A stretch of 64,000 bases of DNA from Phyllosticta citribraziliensis (lineage: Eukaryota): positions 2,604,001-2,668,000 of the forward strand of contig NW_027117338.1 of NCBI RefSeq assembly GCF_038025025.1, given 5' to 3'. This document shows, piece by piece, positions 1-14,146 of this stretch. Position 1 is the first letter of the stretch. The number at the start of each line of letters is the position of its first letter. The notes below the pieces were generated by a model. It did not search any database. It was not told the origin of the DNA and saw nothing but the letters and a program-made list of their open reading frames with translations. Made by a program: the position numbers and the translations under genes.

Positions 1-3000
1 TGCTCTGTCACACCCGAGTGACCCGTTAGGCCGGCACCAACCTTATCTTAAACGCGGTTTTCGTTCCTTCTTCCTGGGGTTGAGCTTTCTTTTTTTCCCT
101 CAATGTCCCGGAACCTCTTGCTTGATTCTTTTTTATTGTGGCTGGATGGCAGTCGTCCCCTCGTTCCGGTGCCATGACACGGGGACGGGGAAGCGCTCCG
201 CGGTCAGCGAATCGGTACCATCTGCGCGTCGTATGCGCGCACATGAGACAGAGAGATTGCAACCAACAGCAGTCACCCGCGCTGCCGCCGCATGAGATTC
301 CAATCTCTTCGATCCTCGTCGACTGACGAGGGGACTCATCAGCTCGCTTCCTCTCGGGATTCCCGATTCCGAATGCAAAGGCGTCGTCTTCCTTGCATCG
401 CTCTTGGTCAAAGCACTGTTGTGTAGGAAGGAGCCATGACATTCATGGCACCACTTTGACATTTTCTTTGCTTCTGTTGGTTTTCGTTTGTGTCACTTCT
501 CGCCGACTGCAATGGTCGTCCAGATCGCCAGTCCGCATCAATGACAATGTGCCACTTCAATCAATTGGAGACGTTATCGACTCGCGAGATTGGTGCTCAT
601 GCAACGGCTTGCCTTCGTGTGATGACCAGGCCAAGGTTCCTAGAATGACGCCCAACTTGCGCCTAGCACGGGTGGCTAAGCTTTTGATATTGTGATGGTC
701 TCGCAGTGAAGTCTCGATCGAGAAGCGAAGGCACGCATGTCGGGTTATTTTTGAGGCGCAACTGGTTTCTGGTTTCGGCCGCCGTTGTCGCGATGCTTTG
801 AAAGACGAGCATTGGAAGCATTCGACCGGCACTCTGGTTGGCTCGGCACTCGAACTTTGGCGCTGAGGAAAGCCCGGAATGGCTAGAGTCGCGGGGAAGA
901 GCCGCCTCATTGGCTGGCTTTTCCGCCGGCAGTCATGGAGCGAAGAGAAGTTACCGAAGAGGCTTGCTCGTAAGGATGGTGCCTGCGGGCCTGCCGAGCT
1001 GGGAACGCCTTGGTGCGTGGCCTGGTTCTCATCACGTCGTTCCTCCCGTGCGATTGGGCAGTCGTGTACGGCGACCAACGCCCATATCCTCAGTATTTTG
1101 GCATTGCCATGGCTGTCTTGTCAACAAGGGGGCTGTGCTGGTACGAATTAGTTGGCCAGATTGTCCCAAGATTGCAGCTGCAGTTGGGCCTCTTGTCACA
1201 TTTCCCACGTGGATGTACTCCCGTCCTTTACTCGTCTCGAGGCTCAGAGCTGAAGGTGCACCCCGCGCTGTTCCCGCTTTACTAACGGGAGGCTGTCGAG
1301 TCAGTAGCCAAGGTGTTCCGCTGGGCGCGATGAATAAACTTGTTTCGAGCTCGCCAAGGTGTATCGTTGGCGCAACGTCGTCTCCGCCAAGATGCGGAGA
1401 GTTGAGGAGTTCGGCACTTTGCAAGGCTCTGTGGGTCTTCTACGGTCGGCTTTGATGGAAAGTTCTTCTGGAAGAATTCAGCGCAGTGCGACAAGAGCAA
1501 CAGCATACCGCAAACCAAGTCCCGGGACAGTGCAACCCGGCGCCGCGTCAAACCGACATAAGCTTTATGCATGACGGAGCCAACAGCACAGGTGCTGAAT
1601 CCCAGCTAGTCCGCAGCAACGAGTGGTGCCCTTGCAGTATTGCCCAGGTCATGGTGAGAAATAGCCCAGCGCCAGGATGTCCCACTGGCAGCAATCTTTG
1701 TCACATTGAGGATGCATGGGGTTCAACGTCCAAGCGGATAACGAGATCCAAAGACGCGGAATTGTTGCGCGTTGTTCCAGTTTTTTGCTCTGCGGCTAAA
1801 ATCCAAGATGTCTGAAGTTGTTGGCGGAGCGTTCGGTTTACTTTCCGGCGATTCGTGCATGGTGACGGACAGCGCCTTGCCCTAGTCGCGATAGCAGGAG
1901 CCGGGTTTTTCGTTGGCTCGGAGGAGGGCCCGGACAATCGTTGCCTGTGGAACTGTGGATTGTGCTGCGACTGCTCCACTGCAAACCTCTAGGTAACAGA
2001 CGTTGGACACGACACCTGTGTCGCGGTCGTCGTGAGGTGCTTTCACTGGCGAAGGCGAGTTTCTAGGAGTCTATCTCTCGAGCATGGACAGTGGTGGCAC
2101 CAGCATAGACGTTTGAGCGATGAAAGGTGTCGTGGAGTTGTGTCGTCGTGACAGCGGGCGGGCGCAATCACCAGAAACAAGCTAGTCTCAAAATGGTAAC
2201 CGCTTCTACCTCACGTCTTCCCGCCAAATTTCCAAGAGCATCAAAGTCTTGAAGCAAGACTTGTGCTGGACTCAAGCACGGAAGCTGGATCTTTTTCTAC
2301 TATCAGAAGAACGATGCTTGCTAGAGAAAACAAGCAGTAGGGACCCGAGGTCTTGGGGGTTGACAACTTGACGCCGAAAAGGCAGCATGTAGCGGGCGAC
2401 ATTTGGATGAGGCCAAAAAAGACAACACCAAGAGAAGCGCGACGACAAGCCAGAACAAGATGACAACAGTCACAAGGGGCAAAAGGTTGAGCAACAGCAG
2501 CAAAAAAACCAAATCAGAGCAAAAGAGGGCAAAACTGTAAGCACAGCCGAAGCTGCTCATCACTGCCTTTTCCCTGGAAATCCATAACTCTTACTCGCTA
2601 GTCGGCCTTTAACTAAGCTTGATAGGGCAGATCAGACACACCTGTGAGGGCGTGGCTACAGAAAGCGCCACGACTGGGGGCACGCAGCTTTTTTGGTTTA
2701 TCCTTAACCCCAGGCATCCCCCGCCTGGACAGCTCGCATTCGAAGATGCTATGGCCCCTAACCCACCCAGCCATAGTAGCGCTTCGTAGTGTCATTGCTT
2801 TGGATGAAAGTAGACTCGCGGATTGAGTTGATATGCTGTCTTTGGCGCTGGATGTCTGCTGTTGCGCCCAACGTGCTGGCTGCGTTCATCATTGGACGCT
2901 GGATTTGATCGCCGCCTGGTGTCTTTGTCGCCCACTTCTTAATGCTGTGCCCGGCTGCCTTGGGTCACGATACTCGACGGCTTTGAGGTGTTGCGCTTGC

Positions 3001-4536
3001 TCTTACTTTACTTCCATCAGCGCGTTCCGCTTGGTGTTGCACTCGCCCACCCAAATCGCTGCTCCAACACTTCGAAATGCTGCACCCGTCAACCTTGACA
3101 ACACACCTCTTCGACGTCTATGGTGTTGTAGCTCCAACCCCCTTGCCATTGCCAACGCCAGATTTTCCTCAACTCGGTGTCGACACATGTAACTCCCCCA
3201 ACCGCGCCGCTTTGTCTCTTGATGTAGTGCTACCGGCACTGGCACCCAGCATGTTATTGATTCTTAAACATCCACCTCCCAAATAAACTGCTACATGACG
3301 ATCAGTATCGTAGCCAACATGCCTAGGCCATACGTACCTCGCCTTCCCAGCCCTCAATCTCAACGTCCCATCACCTGCCTCACCGCCAATGCGCACCATC
3401 TATCAATTCGCCGCTCATGAGATTGATTTCCCAATGCATGATTCCCCCATTGAATGATAACCTGACCCAAGAGACACAGAGCATGCCACACGAGGACCAT
3501 GAACAATGCGACTCCTGCGCCATTCGCCCGCTCACACCACAGCCGAACTTTGGCCCCATCACTTTTCCCGCAAACAACCTGGCAGCGAGATAGAGCTGCT
3601 GACGTCTCCCACGTATCCATCTGCAGCGTGTTCAGCATGAACAGCGGTCGTCCTCCTGTGAAGCTTGTAAACGCCAGCCAGCCAACCGCAGCGTCGGCGA
3701 ACAACACGGTCGACACGTTGTCCTCATGCCTCCGCTCTGCAAGTAGAAATATCCGTGGGTACGCAACAAACGCCTCACGCCGCTGTTTCTGGAGCGTGGC
3801 ACGTCGCTGTTCGCGTCGTGGCGTCGCCGCCAGGCGCTGTCGTCGGGCCCGACCTCAGCAAAAACCCACCCCTTCCACCTTCCACCTTCCACCACGCCGC
3901 CAACTCGCCAACGCAACGCAAAAATAGAGCAAAACAACAGCGCCCGCTCGCCACGTCGCAGATTCGAACACGCAACCTCGCGCAGAGCCTGGGGAACGCC
4001 GGCATGGCTGGTAGGACGAGGAAGTTGGTCGACCCAAGACTGCGTGTAGGTGTACCTCGCGATCCATGTGCACTCGGAGTGTGCCGGGCTTGTGTTTGTT
4101 CTTGTCGTCTTTGGCTGTCGGGCATTCGCATGTATGGTCTGTTTCCTAGGTGCCGCCTCGTTCGTTCAGCGATTGAGTTGTGGACATGGTAGATGCAATA
4201 TCTGGCGACTGTCAGCATTGAAGCAACTCATGCATTCGATAGCCCAACTGCAGAGACACGACGAGAAAACTGGAAAAGGATGGACAGTATCGAAGATTGC
4301 AACAGCTCCACAAGCACAAGCGATTCCACGGTTGCCGCGGCAAATCCAAGCATCCAATCAATCATCTCTACAACACTGAAAGAAAAGGGAGAAAGGGACT
4401 TCTTGATATTCCTAGCGCCCCTTGACCATCACCGCCGCCGTCGCCCCCGCCGTCCATCGCCATAACGCCATGCTCCAAGTAAGATGTTTTGCCGTATGCC
4501 ACAAGCGCCCCCTGTGCTCTCCACGCACACACTCTC

Positions 4537-5593
<1,057 letters not shown>

Positions 5594-6361
5594 GATTGTT
5601 GGCAAGCACGAAAGCTAAAAGCAATTGGAGCACTGATGAGCTTCGGGAAGGTACAAGGTCTGGGTCAGGTCGAAGCTCCAGCTGGAGGTCGGTGTCGCTG
5701 GTCAGGTCCCGCCGTCGGGTGCAGATTGCCCCGGCGATGTCCCGACGGGATCGGCAGCATCCTTGCATCTTTGTTTCTTCCAACCTCACTTGATCAATCA
5801 TCCAACGCTGATTGGAACTCTGGGACGCTGATGCCCTCTCTACCGGCACACATTTACCAGAAATCGCCCATAGTGAATAGTATCGAGCCTCAAACATTCG
5901 TGACAGTTTGACAGCTCATTTTAGAAACTTGAACGCCCGCCGTCTAAACTCCAAGTAAATGAGCCCTCTACAAATCCCTCAATACACTGTCCTCTTGTTA
6001 CGCAAGTGACCATGATGAAAGATTCACAGGCAGTCAAAAGCACACAAACAGAAGCAACAAAGCAATCTCATTCTGATTCCACCACCCCCCCAGCAGCAAG
6101 CCTCAGCAAGGAGCCAACCTGTCACTGGCTAATAGGCGACATAGAAATCATGATCGTGGAGCGGCCGTATCCCAATTTCAATCTCAACCCACGCCAATCG
6201 CTCCCATCCTATTAGGATAAAAAAGGAAATGGACAAAAAAAAAAAAATATAGACCGAGAAGAGGCGGTAGGGACAGAGGACTGCTAGTCCGCCTGGCTGA
6301 CTCCTGTGTGTACAAATAGGAAACTTGCACCCGTCTTGAGACACCCATCGGAGCCCCTCGT

Positions 6362-8015
6362 CTAGCAGCCAATCTCACCGAGCCTCGGCGCACCACCCTT
6401 CCAGTCGAAGCGCTCGTAGTACCTGAAGACCAGGTCGTAACCGTCGAGGTCGTGCACGATGCGGTCAACCCGCTTATAGCCCTCAATGTGGTCCATCCTG
6501 GCGCTGCGCTTCGCAGCCGAAGCCACTGTGTCATCGTTGACCGGCTTGGCCTCGAACAGCGTGACGCTGAAGCGGCCAGGCTTGAAGATGCCGACAACGT
6601 GCTCGACAATGTCGGCAGTCTCGCGGCCACTCTGGCGCGCAGGCACGTTGGTCTCAAACGATGCGTACGAGCAGTGAGGCTCTGGCGTCACGTGGACGGT
6701 GAAATAGTGAGTCGAATTGGTGCCGTTGGGACCGTCGGGAGCAGGGATGACGCCATTGGCAGAAAAGCCGCAAGGAGTAAAGAGGTAGGCGTCAATGCGA
6801 GCATCGGGGTACTTTGACGTAGGGTAAATGTCGGAGAGCCCGCAGTGGTCGGAGACGACCGTTCCAAGGCTGTGGCCCTCGGTGGTGAGCTCCTCGGGGA
6901 ACGTCAGGTCATCGTCGGACTCGTCCGAAGGGAAGCCGCTGTGATCGGAGGAGGTTTGCTCGAAGACGTCAAAGTTGTCGTGATGGTTCGAGCTACCATT
7001 GAGAAGGGTGCTTCCAGCCAGGCTGTTTTCCGCAGACCCCTCTTCTTCAATCACACCGAGACTCTTGATCGCACACTTGCGCGCCTCGCGAGCCTTTTGA
7101 AAGTACCGACCTTCCGCGACCGCACTCGCGTCCTCGAGATAGAACTGACGTGCATTCTGTTCATCGAGATCGGTCATGAGCACTTCCAAAGTCTCGTCCT
7201 GCGCCTCGTCTGAGCCTGAGCCAACCATCATCCCTTGTGGCACAGAGAGAAACTTGGTCTCGGTCTCAATCTGAGCAGGTTCCCCATCAGGGGTTGCAGG
7301 GGGAGTCAGGCGGGTTCCGGGCCCAGTAATGTAAAGGTACCAGTGTTCGCCGTTCATCTTGCCGATCATATAGGCACTGCCCCCAAGGAACATCTTGTCC
7401 AAGAACCTGACCTCATCGCGCCAGCTGCGGTGGGGGCCACGCTGTTGCTCTGGGTGCAAAAAGTTCTTGCGGCTGTAGAAGACGCGGTGAGGCGTAGCCG
7501 CAGCGGGCACTCCGTTGGGAAGATCGGCCGGGATGCCAGGAAATCCCGCACAGGTAATGGCGATTTCGAGCATGCGGGGAAGCCCGTAGAGCAAGGTCGT
7601 GGTGCCGCAAGTCTTAAGCACAACCTTGTGGGGCCAGACAAACATGCTCGACTCTGACAGGAGGTAGGCGTCCACGTCCTGGGACTCGACTATCGAAAGC
7701 ACCTTGCAGTTGACCAGATCCAGCATGGAGGTCCAGACATCGGCCGGGACCGCTTTCAAGCCGAGCGGTTGGGCAGAGGCCGGAAGCAGGTTAGCCGAAG
7801 GGCTGAACCAAACTTCGAGCAGCTTCTCAGGACCTGGATTGAGTTTGTGTTAGCCAACCGAAACCTGGAAAAGGGAATGCGGCACGCGAGCTCTTACCCT
7901 CAAAGGCATTGGAAGAGTCGAGGTCGACGGCAACTTCGCGATTGATGGTCAGATGCGGCGTTCCGCAGTACGAAGACGGAGACGCGGTATAGTGGTTGGG
8001 GATTTCGTTGACCAT
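6362..8015 (-). CDS. SPE2: S-adenosylmethionine decarboxylase proenzyme, 2 exons
   Basis: Intron 7897-7834 joins AFEG|PEKLLEVWF. Contains the YLLSESSMFV autocleavage/pyruvoyl site, KTCGTT, FTPCGFSANG and TVHVTPE..CSYASFE motifs. Confidence 0.96.
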
Positions 8016-8479
8016 TTCGTAAATTGTCAGAGTTGCAGACGAGCAAAAAGACCAGCTAGGAAGAATTCAGTCGATGTGGCTTTTGAGGCAGTGAAGCACA
8101 ATCTGCCACCCAGGCGAAGTGCGGATTCGCCTGAAAGGAGAAGGCCCACGGGGAAGCGGTGGACGGAACAGAAGTTGGCGGCTGCCAACACCAGTAGATG
8201 TAGATTTGAGAACGACCGTTGGAGGACGTTATGGAGGACGGGCGGAGAGGGGAATAAAAGAGGCCTTGCGCCGCGGAATGGCGACAGAATATGGTGGTCC
8301 CCGACCTGGCAGATACCGATACCCTGGACAAGTATCGGGTCCAGCAGACGAGGCAATCTGCTTAGAAAGGGTACAAAAAGTAGGTGGGGTGTGGAGGCGT
8401 GGGAGTAGAGGGTGTTATCTGGGCCTGGGGAGCATGAGCGTTTGAAGGACTTTGGGCGGGCACGCACGCGTGTCGGAAG

Positions 8480-8485
8480 TTTATA
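8480..8485 (-). promoter_or_regulatory. Candidate TATA box of SPE2
   Basis: TATAAA on the minus strand about 465 nt upstream of the SPE2 ATG, followed by pyrimidine-rich sequence. Confidence 0.4.
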
Positions 8486-8924
8486 CGTACTTCGCAGGCT
8501 TGGACAGGAAACGCAGTAGGTCCTCTTGACGCATGGACTTTGACAGGCGCTGGTGGTGCGGCGGGGTCTGCGTGGCTGGTTACAGCCTGGCAGCGAGAAG
8601 GGCACAGGAGACGAGTGTTTCTGCCAGCGTGACCGTTTGCAGGGACGCGACAGTCAGGGCGACGAAGGGTTCCCGCGTCAGTCAAAATTTGACTTGGTCG
8701 GACGCGGTGGGCGGCGTGGGAGTGGAGAGCGTTGGCCTGGGCGTGCAACGTCAGCGCCAGGCTGGGGGCACCGGACAGGCAGCGAGGACAGAGGGGGGCG
8801 GGAAGGGGAGCCGTACCTCTTCTTGCACAGTGTGTGTGTGTATGGTAAGGGGAGAAGCAGAGTTTTGAGGGATTTTGATTGAGCGAGAGAGCAGAGGGCG
8901 CGGGCTTCCAGTCGACAGTCGTGT

Positions 8925-8947
8925 GCCAGAGCCAGAGCCAGAGCCAG
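8925..8947. repeat. (GCCAGA)n microsatellite, about 3.8 units
   Basis: gccagagccagagccagagccag read directly from the sequence. Confidence 0.8.
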
Positions 8948-9330
8948 TGCAGGTGAGGATTTTCGGCTGGGTGAAGTGGGAGGTTAGCTAAGCAGCCGCC
9001 GCGACATGATTTGCTAGTGCTGATACAGCCTGCAACGTCGAGGAATGGGATTCGTCGCCCGGGCCAGTTTCGTACCGATACATGTACCAATCTGACGTCA
9101 GGCCGGCCGACCCTGGTCACCGCCTTCAGTTGGACGGTGCCAGGTACGATGCAGCGCCGCCGCTCCGATCCAACGTCTGGTGAAGCGGATACGCACAGCA
9201 TACATGATCCTCGGCCCTAAAACGCCCCCTTGTCCCACCGCAGGCTGTCCCATTCTATACCGTCACCTCGTTCTCTCCTCTGCTCTGCGTTTCCCCAGCA
9301 TTCTTCACCCCACACCAGCAACCTTGTCTC

Positions 9331-9356
9331 GACCACACTCGACCACACTCGACCAC
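9331..9356. repeat. 10-bp tandem repeat (GACCACACTC) x2.6
   Basis: gaccacactc gaccacactc gaccac. Confidence 0.75.
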
Positions 9357-10664
9357 CCACCTACAAAGCCCCGCCTCGACGACCATGCTGAACCACACAA
9401 TCCCCCGTGTCCGTCGGCCGGCTTCATCTCCGCTCTGCCTTGGAAACACCCGCCACTCGTCTACCGCTCCATTGACATGAAGCACACCCGGAAATCACGG
9501 CATCGGCAAGTCGGACTATCGCCGTAGAATCCAACACGGTGTCGAAACACCCTGCTCCTACATCCAAACGTGAAGACCAACCGAAGGACGAGTCACGACC
9601 ACACCAGCACACTGCCCCTGGTCCAAACGCCGCCTCTGTCTGAGCATCAATCATTTCGTCAGTCGCGTCCCGCAAGCCGACCGCACGCTTGCTTCCCTTG
9701 CGCGTTGCGGCTTTCCGTCCATGGCTGGCTGGCCAAGCCTCGACGCGGCTCTGCCACCAAAGCTTGGTATCGCGCTGCCGCGACCCACCAAAGCAGCCAG
9801 GGTCCGTCGAAACATTTGCCCTCAGCAGGTCCCCAAGATTGGAGAGAAACGAAAGGCAGCCCGAGTCTCAACAGCCGGCCATCATGCGCAGCAGACCTCA
9901 CGGCACCAGAGACATCATCACCTCGTCCCGAGCATCGCCATGCGTGTGAATGCTCACTAATGCTGTGTCGCCGTCGCGGTGCTGTGGCAGTTGGACAATG
10001 CATTTCAACACAATGGTGCTTGCAAATCCGTCCCTTTCTGAGATGAGATGTAGATGCGCCGGGAGTAAGAAGCCAAGCCTCACTGACCGTTGTTGCCGCG
10101 CGCCCGCTTTGTGCGTGCCAGACCTGTCTCACCACAAACCATATAATCAGGGCCCACTCAAATGCGGATTCGATACAGAGATGAAGCTGAACTCAGCCTC
10201 TGACTGCACGCTTTGGGTAGGTCCATCCGTGCTCTAAAGGTCTTGCGTTGCCATGTTGTGATTGGAGCAGACGTGGATCAAGTCGTTGGCCTTTGATGCA
10301 ACAGTAGCCATTCGCACCTCAATGCGGCGGATTGTGGGTCATACAATAGGCATTCTTTATTCTTTCCCCAAGGTATCAAGCGCCAGGTTTGCAACCATGC
10401 AATGCCGCCGCTGCACCACCACCACCACCGAGCACACATGTATGTACGTACAGTCCAAACAAAACTACCGCCAGGTGCGCCCAACTAGCAGCCGCGCCGC
10501 ACTCCAAACCTCATGCTCGAAAGAGTGCCATGTCCAACGGCTCAATCTGCTTGCATGCAAAAACGCCGGCCATGCTCTCGGTAACAAATATACAGCTCTA
10601 GAACAGGACCTCGTGCAAGCCAAAGCTTCACTGGCCAGCCTTTAATGCTTCCTCTCGCCAGCGC

Positions 10665-13578
10665 CTAGACGTCGCGAATTGGACCCGTACCACCTGAAGG
10701 GCTTCGCTGGCCGTTGGGACTGCCGCCTGCGCCCCGGAGGTTGAGACTGCCAATCCGCTGCCGTAGATTGTCACCAACCGCGTCGACTGCTCCACGCGGG
10801 GCCAGGAGCGACGGTGTTGGCGGCGCTGCTTCTTGCACTCTGAACAGCTTGATGCTTGTTCCATTCCAGACGCCAGCCATGCCTTTCGAAACGTTCATCT
10901 CGCTGCTGAATATGAAGCTCCAGAGCAGCGATTCATACCATCCAAGCGAGAGGGGCGACCATTCGAACAAGTGGACGCGAATGGGAGACGGTTCGATTCC
11001 TCGAACCTCGGTAGCGCGGATCGTCTCGAGCGCCGAGGCCGTGTCGATGGACGAGTCTAGGGGTATCACGGGAGAGAGTTGGGAAATGAGCGTCAGGATG
11101 GTGTGCAGGGGAAGATGCGGCAGCCAGCCTTCCAGCTATTGGACGTTAGCCAAGTCCCTCGAATATCATCAGGACCTCTTACCCATTCTGTCGTCGGAGA
11201 GAATTGTCCATTCGCAAGCATGGTAGCTGTGGCCAAGCTGCTCAAGCTTCCCGTGCTATTCTGTCTCGAAAATGTAGGTGTTCCGACGGGCATCTTTCCT
11301 CTGGCCTTCTCGGACATGCCTCGCAGCTGCAGTGGCACCGTCTCATCCGCAGACGAGCTCACCGATGCCGTTCTCGAATTGCTGCTAGACTGAATAGGCG
11401 ACTGGACAACATGAGGGGTGCGCGCTTCATTTTCGTCGCCAGAATCGTCGTCGTCTCCAATACTAAAGGCGCTATTCTCCTCGGGAACATTACTCAAGGT
11501 GGGGGTACGACTTGAAAGGGGACTCCTTAAGCTGTCCATTGAATTTTGGCGCGAGTTGCCTCTGGCAGATCCCGTCTCACCAGATCTGCCATCTTTGCGT
11601 TGCTGGTTGTGCCGCTCTATCTCGTCATATGCGCTTTCTAACGTGAAATCTGTCAAAGCTTGGAATTTTTTCCGAGAACGCAGAATGGCGTAAATGAGGT
11701 TCGTGTTTGCTGGATCTCGTCAGCAAAGATGGAATCGTCAATTCTTTTTCGTCTTACAAGAGTATTGGTGCTCGATGATGGAGTTCAGCGCTTCGAGCAG
11801 GGATTGAAGGAGGTTGTGGTTGGTCTCATTGGCAAGGAGAAAGCTGGGTGATGACATCGAGGCGTAGAGCTGGAGCAACTTGGAGGACGGCGCTCTTCCC
11901 AGATTCTCGACATAGGCTGCAACGTTGTTGATGATCGCAAGAAGCGCGGGATAGACAGCGTCCAGCTTGCCCTTGCCAGTGGTGAGGAGCGTATAGATTG
12001 ACGTGACAAGGTAGTCCGCGTAGGTACCGTGGAAGTTGGGGATGCGGATGCTCGGGGGAAGCGTTTCCTGTCCTTCAAACTTCTTGTTCAGGTTCTTTCC
12101 AAAGTTTGGCTCGGTGCTTAGAGTTTGCAGGATGAAGATGCACATTCTTGTCAGTCCCTGTCGTGACGGATCATTGCTTTGGTCAATGGCGTAAAACAGA
12201 ATCAGGACAACAAAATCATGTGCCCGATCTGTTTCAATGATGAATGACCGAAAGCGCTTGTTGCATTGCAGAGTCTCCCAGAACAGGATCAGCATCTCAG
12301 GAGCCCAATTCAATGATTTCTGGCTTCCGGGAAGATATGACGTGGTTGCTTGCAAGGGCTGATTCAGGATCCTCGTCATGCCATCGTGGAGAAATTGAAA
12401 GTCCTGTGGTCGATGCAGCCTGCCAAGGAAATGCCTAAAGAAATTCTTTGGCGGCGACCCATTGCCTGGCTCGGGTATAGGATACAGGACAAGAACTAGG
12501 AGAAGCTGGAGACAGTAGGTCACGAGGATCTGCTTTGGGTCTTTGTAAATGACGTGGTCGTATGGCACTCGCCAGCTCGCGGGATTGTACTTGAGGGTCT
12601 GTTGCGCATTAGTACACCCTCAGACCTCGTGGGACGCATTGAGAGACTGACTGTGTTGAGGAGCGAGCACAACAAGGAAAGTACGATTTGCTTGTCGGGG
12701 CAAGTTGTGATGTATGTTATCGCTTTGACTCCTTTGACAGGGAGAATGTCTGTTCCTTGTCAGATGGGTGCTGGGATGCGTCTTGAACGAGGACGTACTT
12801 GGCGACATGTACATGGATTTACTTGCAAAAGTGAGCAGCAGTCGCAGAATTTCCGTGCGATTGCTCTCGTATTCTTTGCTTGAGCCGACGGGCGTATTGC
12901 ACCCTACACCACTCTGCCATATAGCGTACATGACCTTTCCCTTGCCCGGCTGAGCCTTGGGAAGGGTAAAGTCTGCGAAAAAGAGCAGGTCGATAAGGGT
13001 GTCTATGAGCTCTTCTGCGAGCGGCTTCGCCTCTTCAAATTCGGAGGCCGGGTCTCGTTGCGCATCGTCGGCGTCGGGATTACTGTCGTCAAACAGGACT
13101 TCGGATCGATTGAGCTGGCCTCTTCTACTGCGCTTCCTGCGCGCGCCCCAAAAGAACTTGTCCTCCCAGGCGTCGAGATGGTCGGCCTCGTAGATGAAGG
13201 GCAGCAGGCGCGTCAGGATGCGTACGCAGTTCAGCGCATCGCGTTCGGGCGCGAGGTCGGGGTCGGGGAAGGAAGGGTGGTTGCGCAGGACGCAGAGCCG
13301 CGAGGTGACGGCAAGGATGAGGGTTTCCAGGTTTGCGACAGCGTTGTCGCGAGTGCGACGGATGTCGGAGGGCGAGAACAGACTGAAGACATCCTCTGCA
13401 GATTCTGGAAGCTCCCAAAACTGGAGGGGGCTCGAGAGTTAGCTTGCACGCGAGCACAAAGCACGAGGCGGCGGCGGCATACGCTGGTCCAGTACGCATC
13501 ATCAGCGGGGATGTCCTGTTGCTCCGAGAGGCGGATGATGCCTTGCTTGAAGACGAGCTTGGAGTCGGAGGCGCCCAT
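10665..13578 (-). CDS. HID1: HID1/Ecm30 (high-temperature-induced dauer formation, dymeclin-like) protein, about 6 exons
   Basis: N-terminus MGASDSKLVFKQGI (myristoylation-type), LNCVRILTRLLPFIYE, IWQSGVG, LHRPQDFQF, and C-terminal WYESLLW...VWNGTSIKLFRV. Five GT-AG introns with branch points. Confidence 0.9.
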
Positions 13579-14146
13579 GGTAGGCAAGAGGTCGGGGCTA
13601 AGTGGGCATCCGGTCGCGGGATGTTGTGCTCATGCCCATGGGGTGTGGGTGCGGGTGTGGGTGAAGAGAAGATGCAACGAAGGCGAGCACTGCAGGCTGA
13701 GGTGCGTCCGGTGTGGAGCCAGTTGAGGGTCGGGAGTGTGGGAGTGCGGCGTCACTGCTGCCAGCCAGCAGGGCAGGGCACCGCATGGATCCCGGCGGCC
13801 ACTCTCCGGCCCGGCTGCGCTAACGACGACCACCTACAATGACGGGTGCCGGTGCCTCGACGTCTCTCACCTACGTCTTCTCTCAACCACGGTTCTCGCT
13901 TTGCTCCACGCCATCTTGACGGGACCCCGACCACGAACCCACGCTCTGCGCCTGTTGGGAATGCCTCGATCGCCTACGTGAACCTCACTCCTCGCCGTCC
14001 GACCTCCGCCACCGTCCGCTCTCTGCCAAACTCGAGTCAGACTTTCACAACGATTACAATCCACACGATAATTCACAACAACTACCATCCACGCTCAGAG
14101 CCCACGTCCATCGCCCACTCCTTCAACAAAACACCGCTCTTTCAAC

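Noticed and set aside
838..1455. 205-aa ORF and other ORFs in 1-4500
   Set aside because: Mostly non-ATG starts, no recognisable motifs and no coherent splice structure; expected by chance in GC-rich DNA.
2756..2764. CCCTAACCC as a possible telomerase RNA template
   Set aside because: A 9-mer is expected by chance (the same 9-mer occurs inside the DUF1996 CDS near 35115), and I could not identify a pseudoknot or CR4/5 element.
3940..4030. Complete tRNA gene
   Set aside because: Only a B-box-like segment is present; the T-stem is imperfect and no D-arm or acceptor stem was found.
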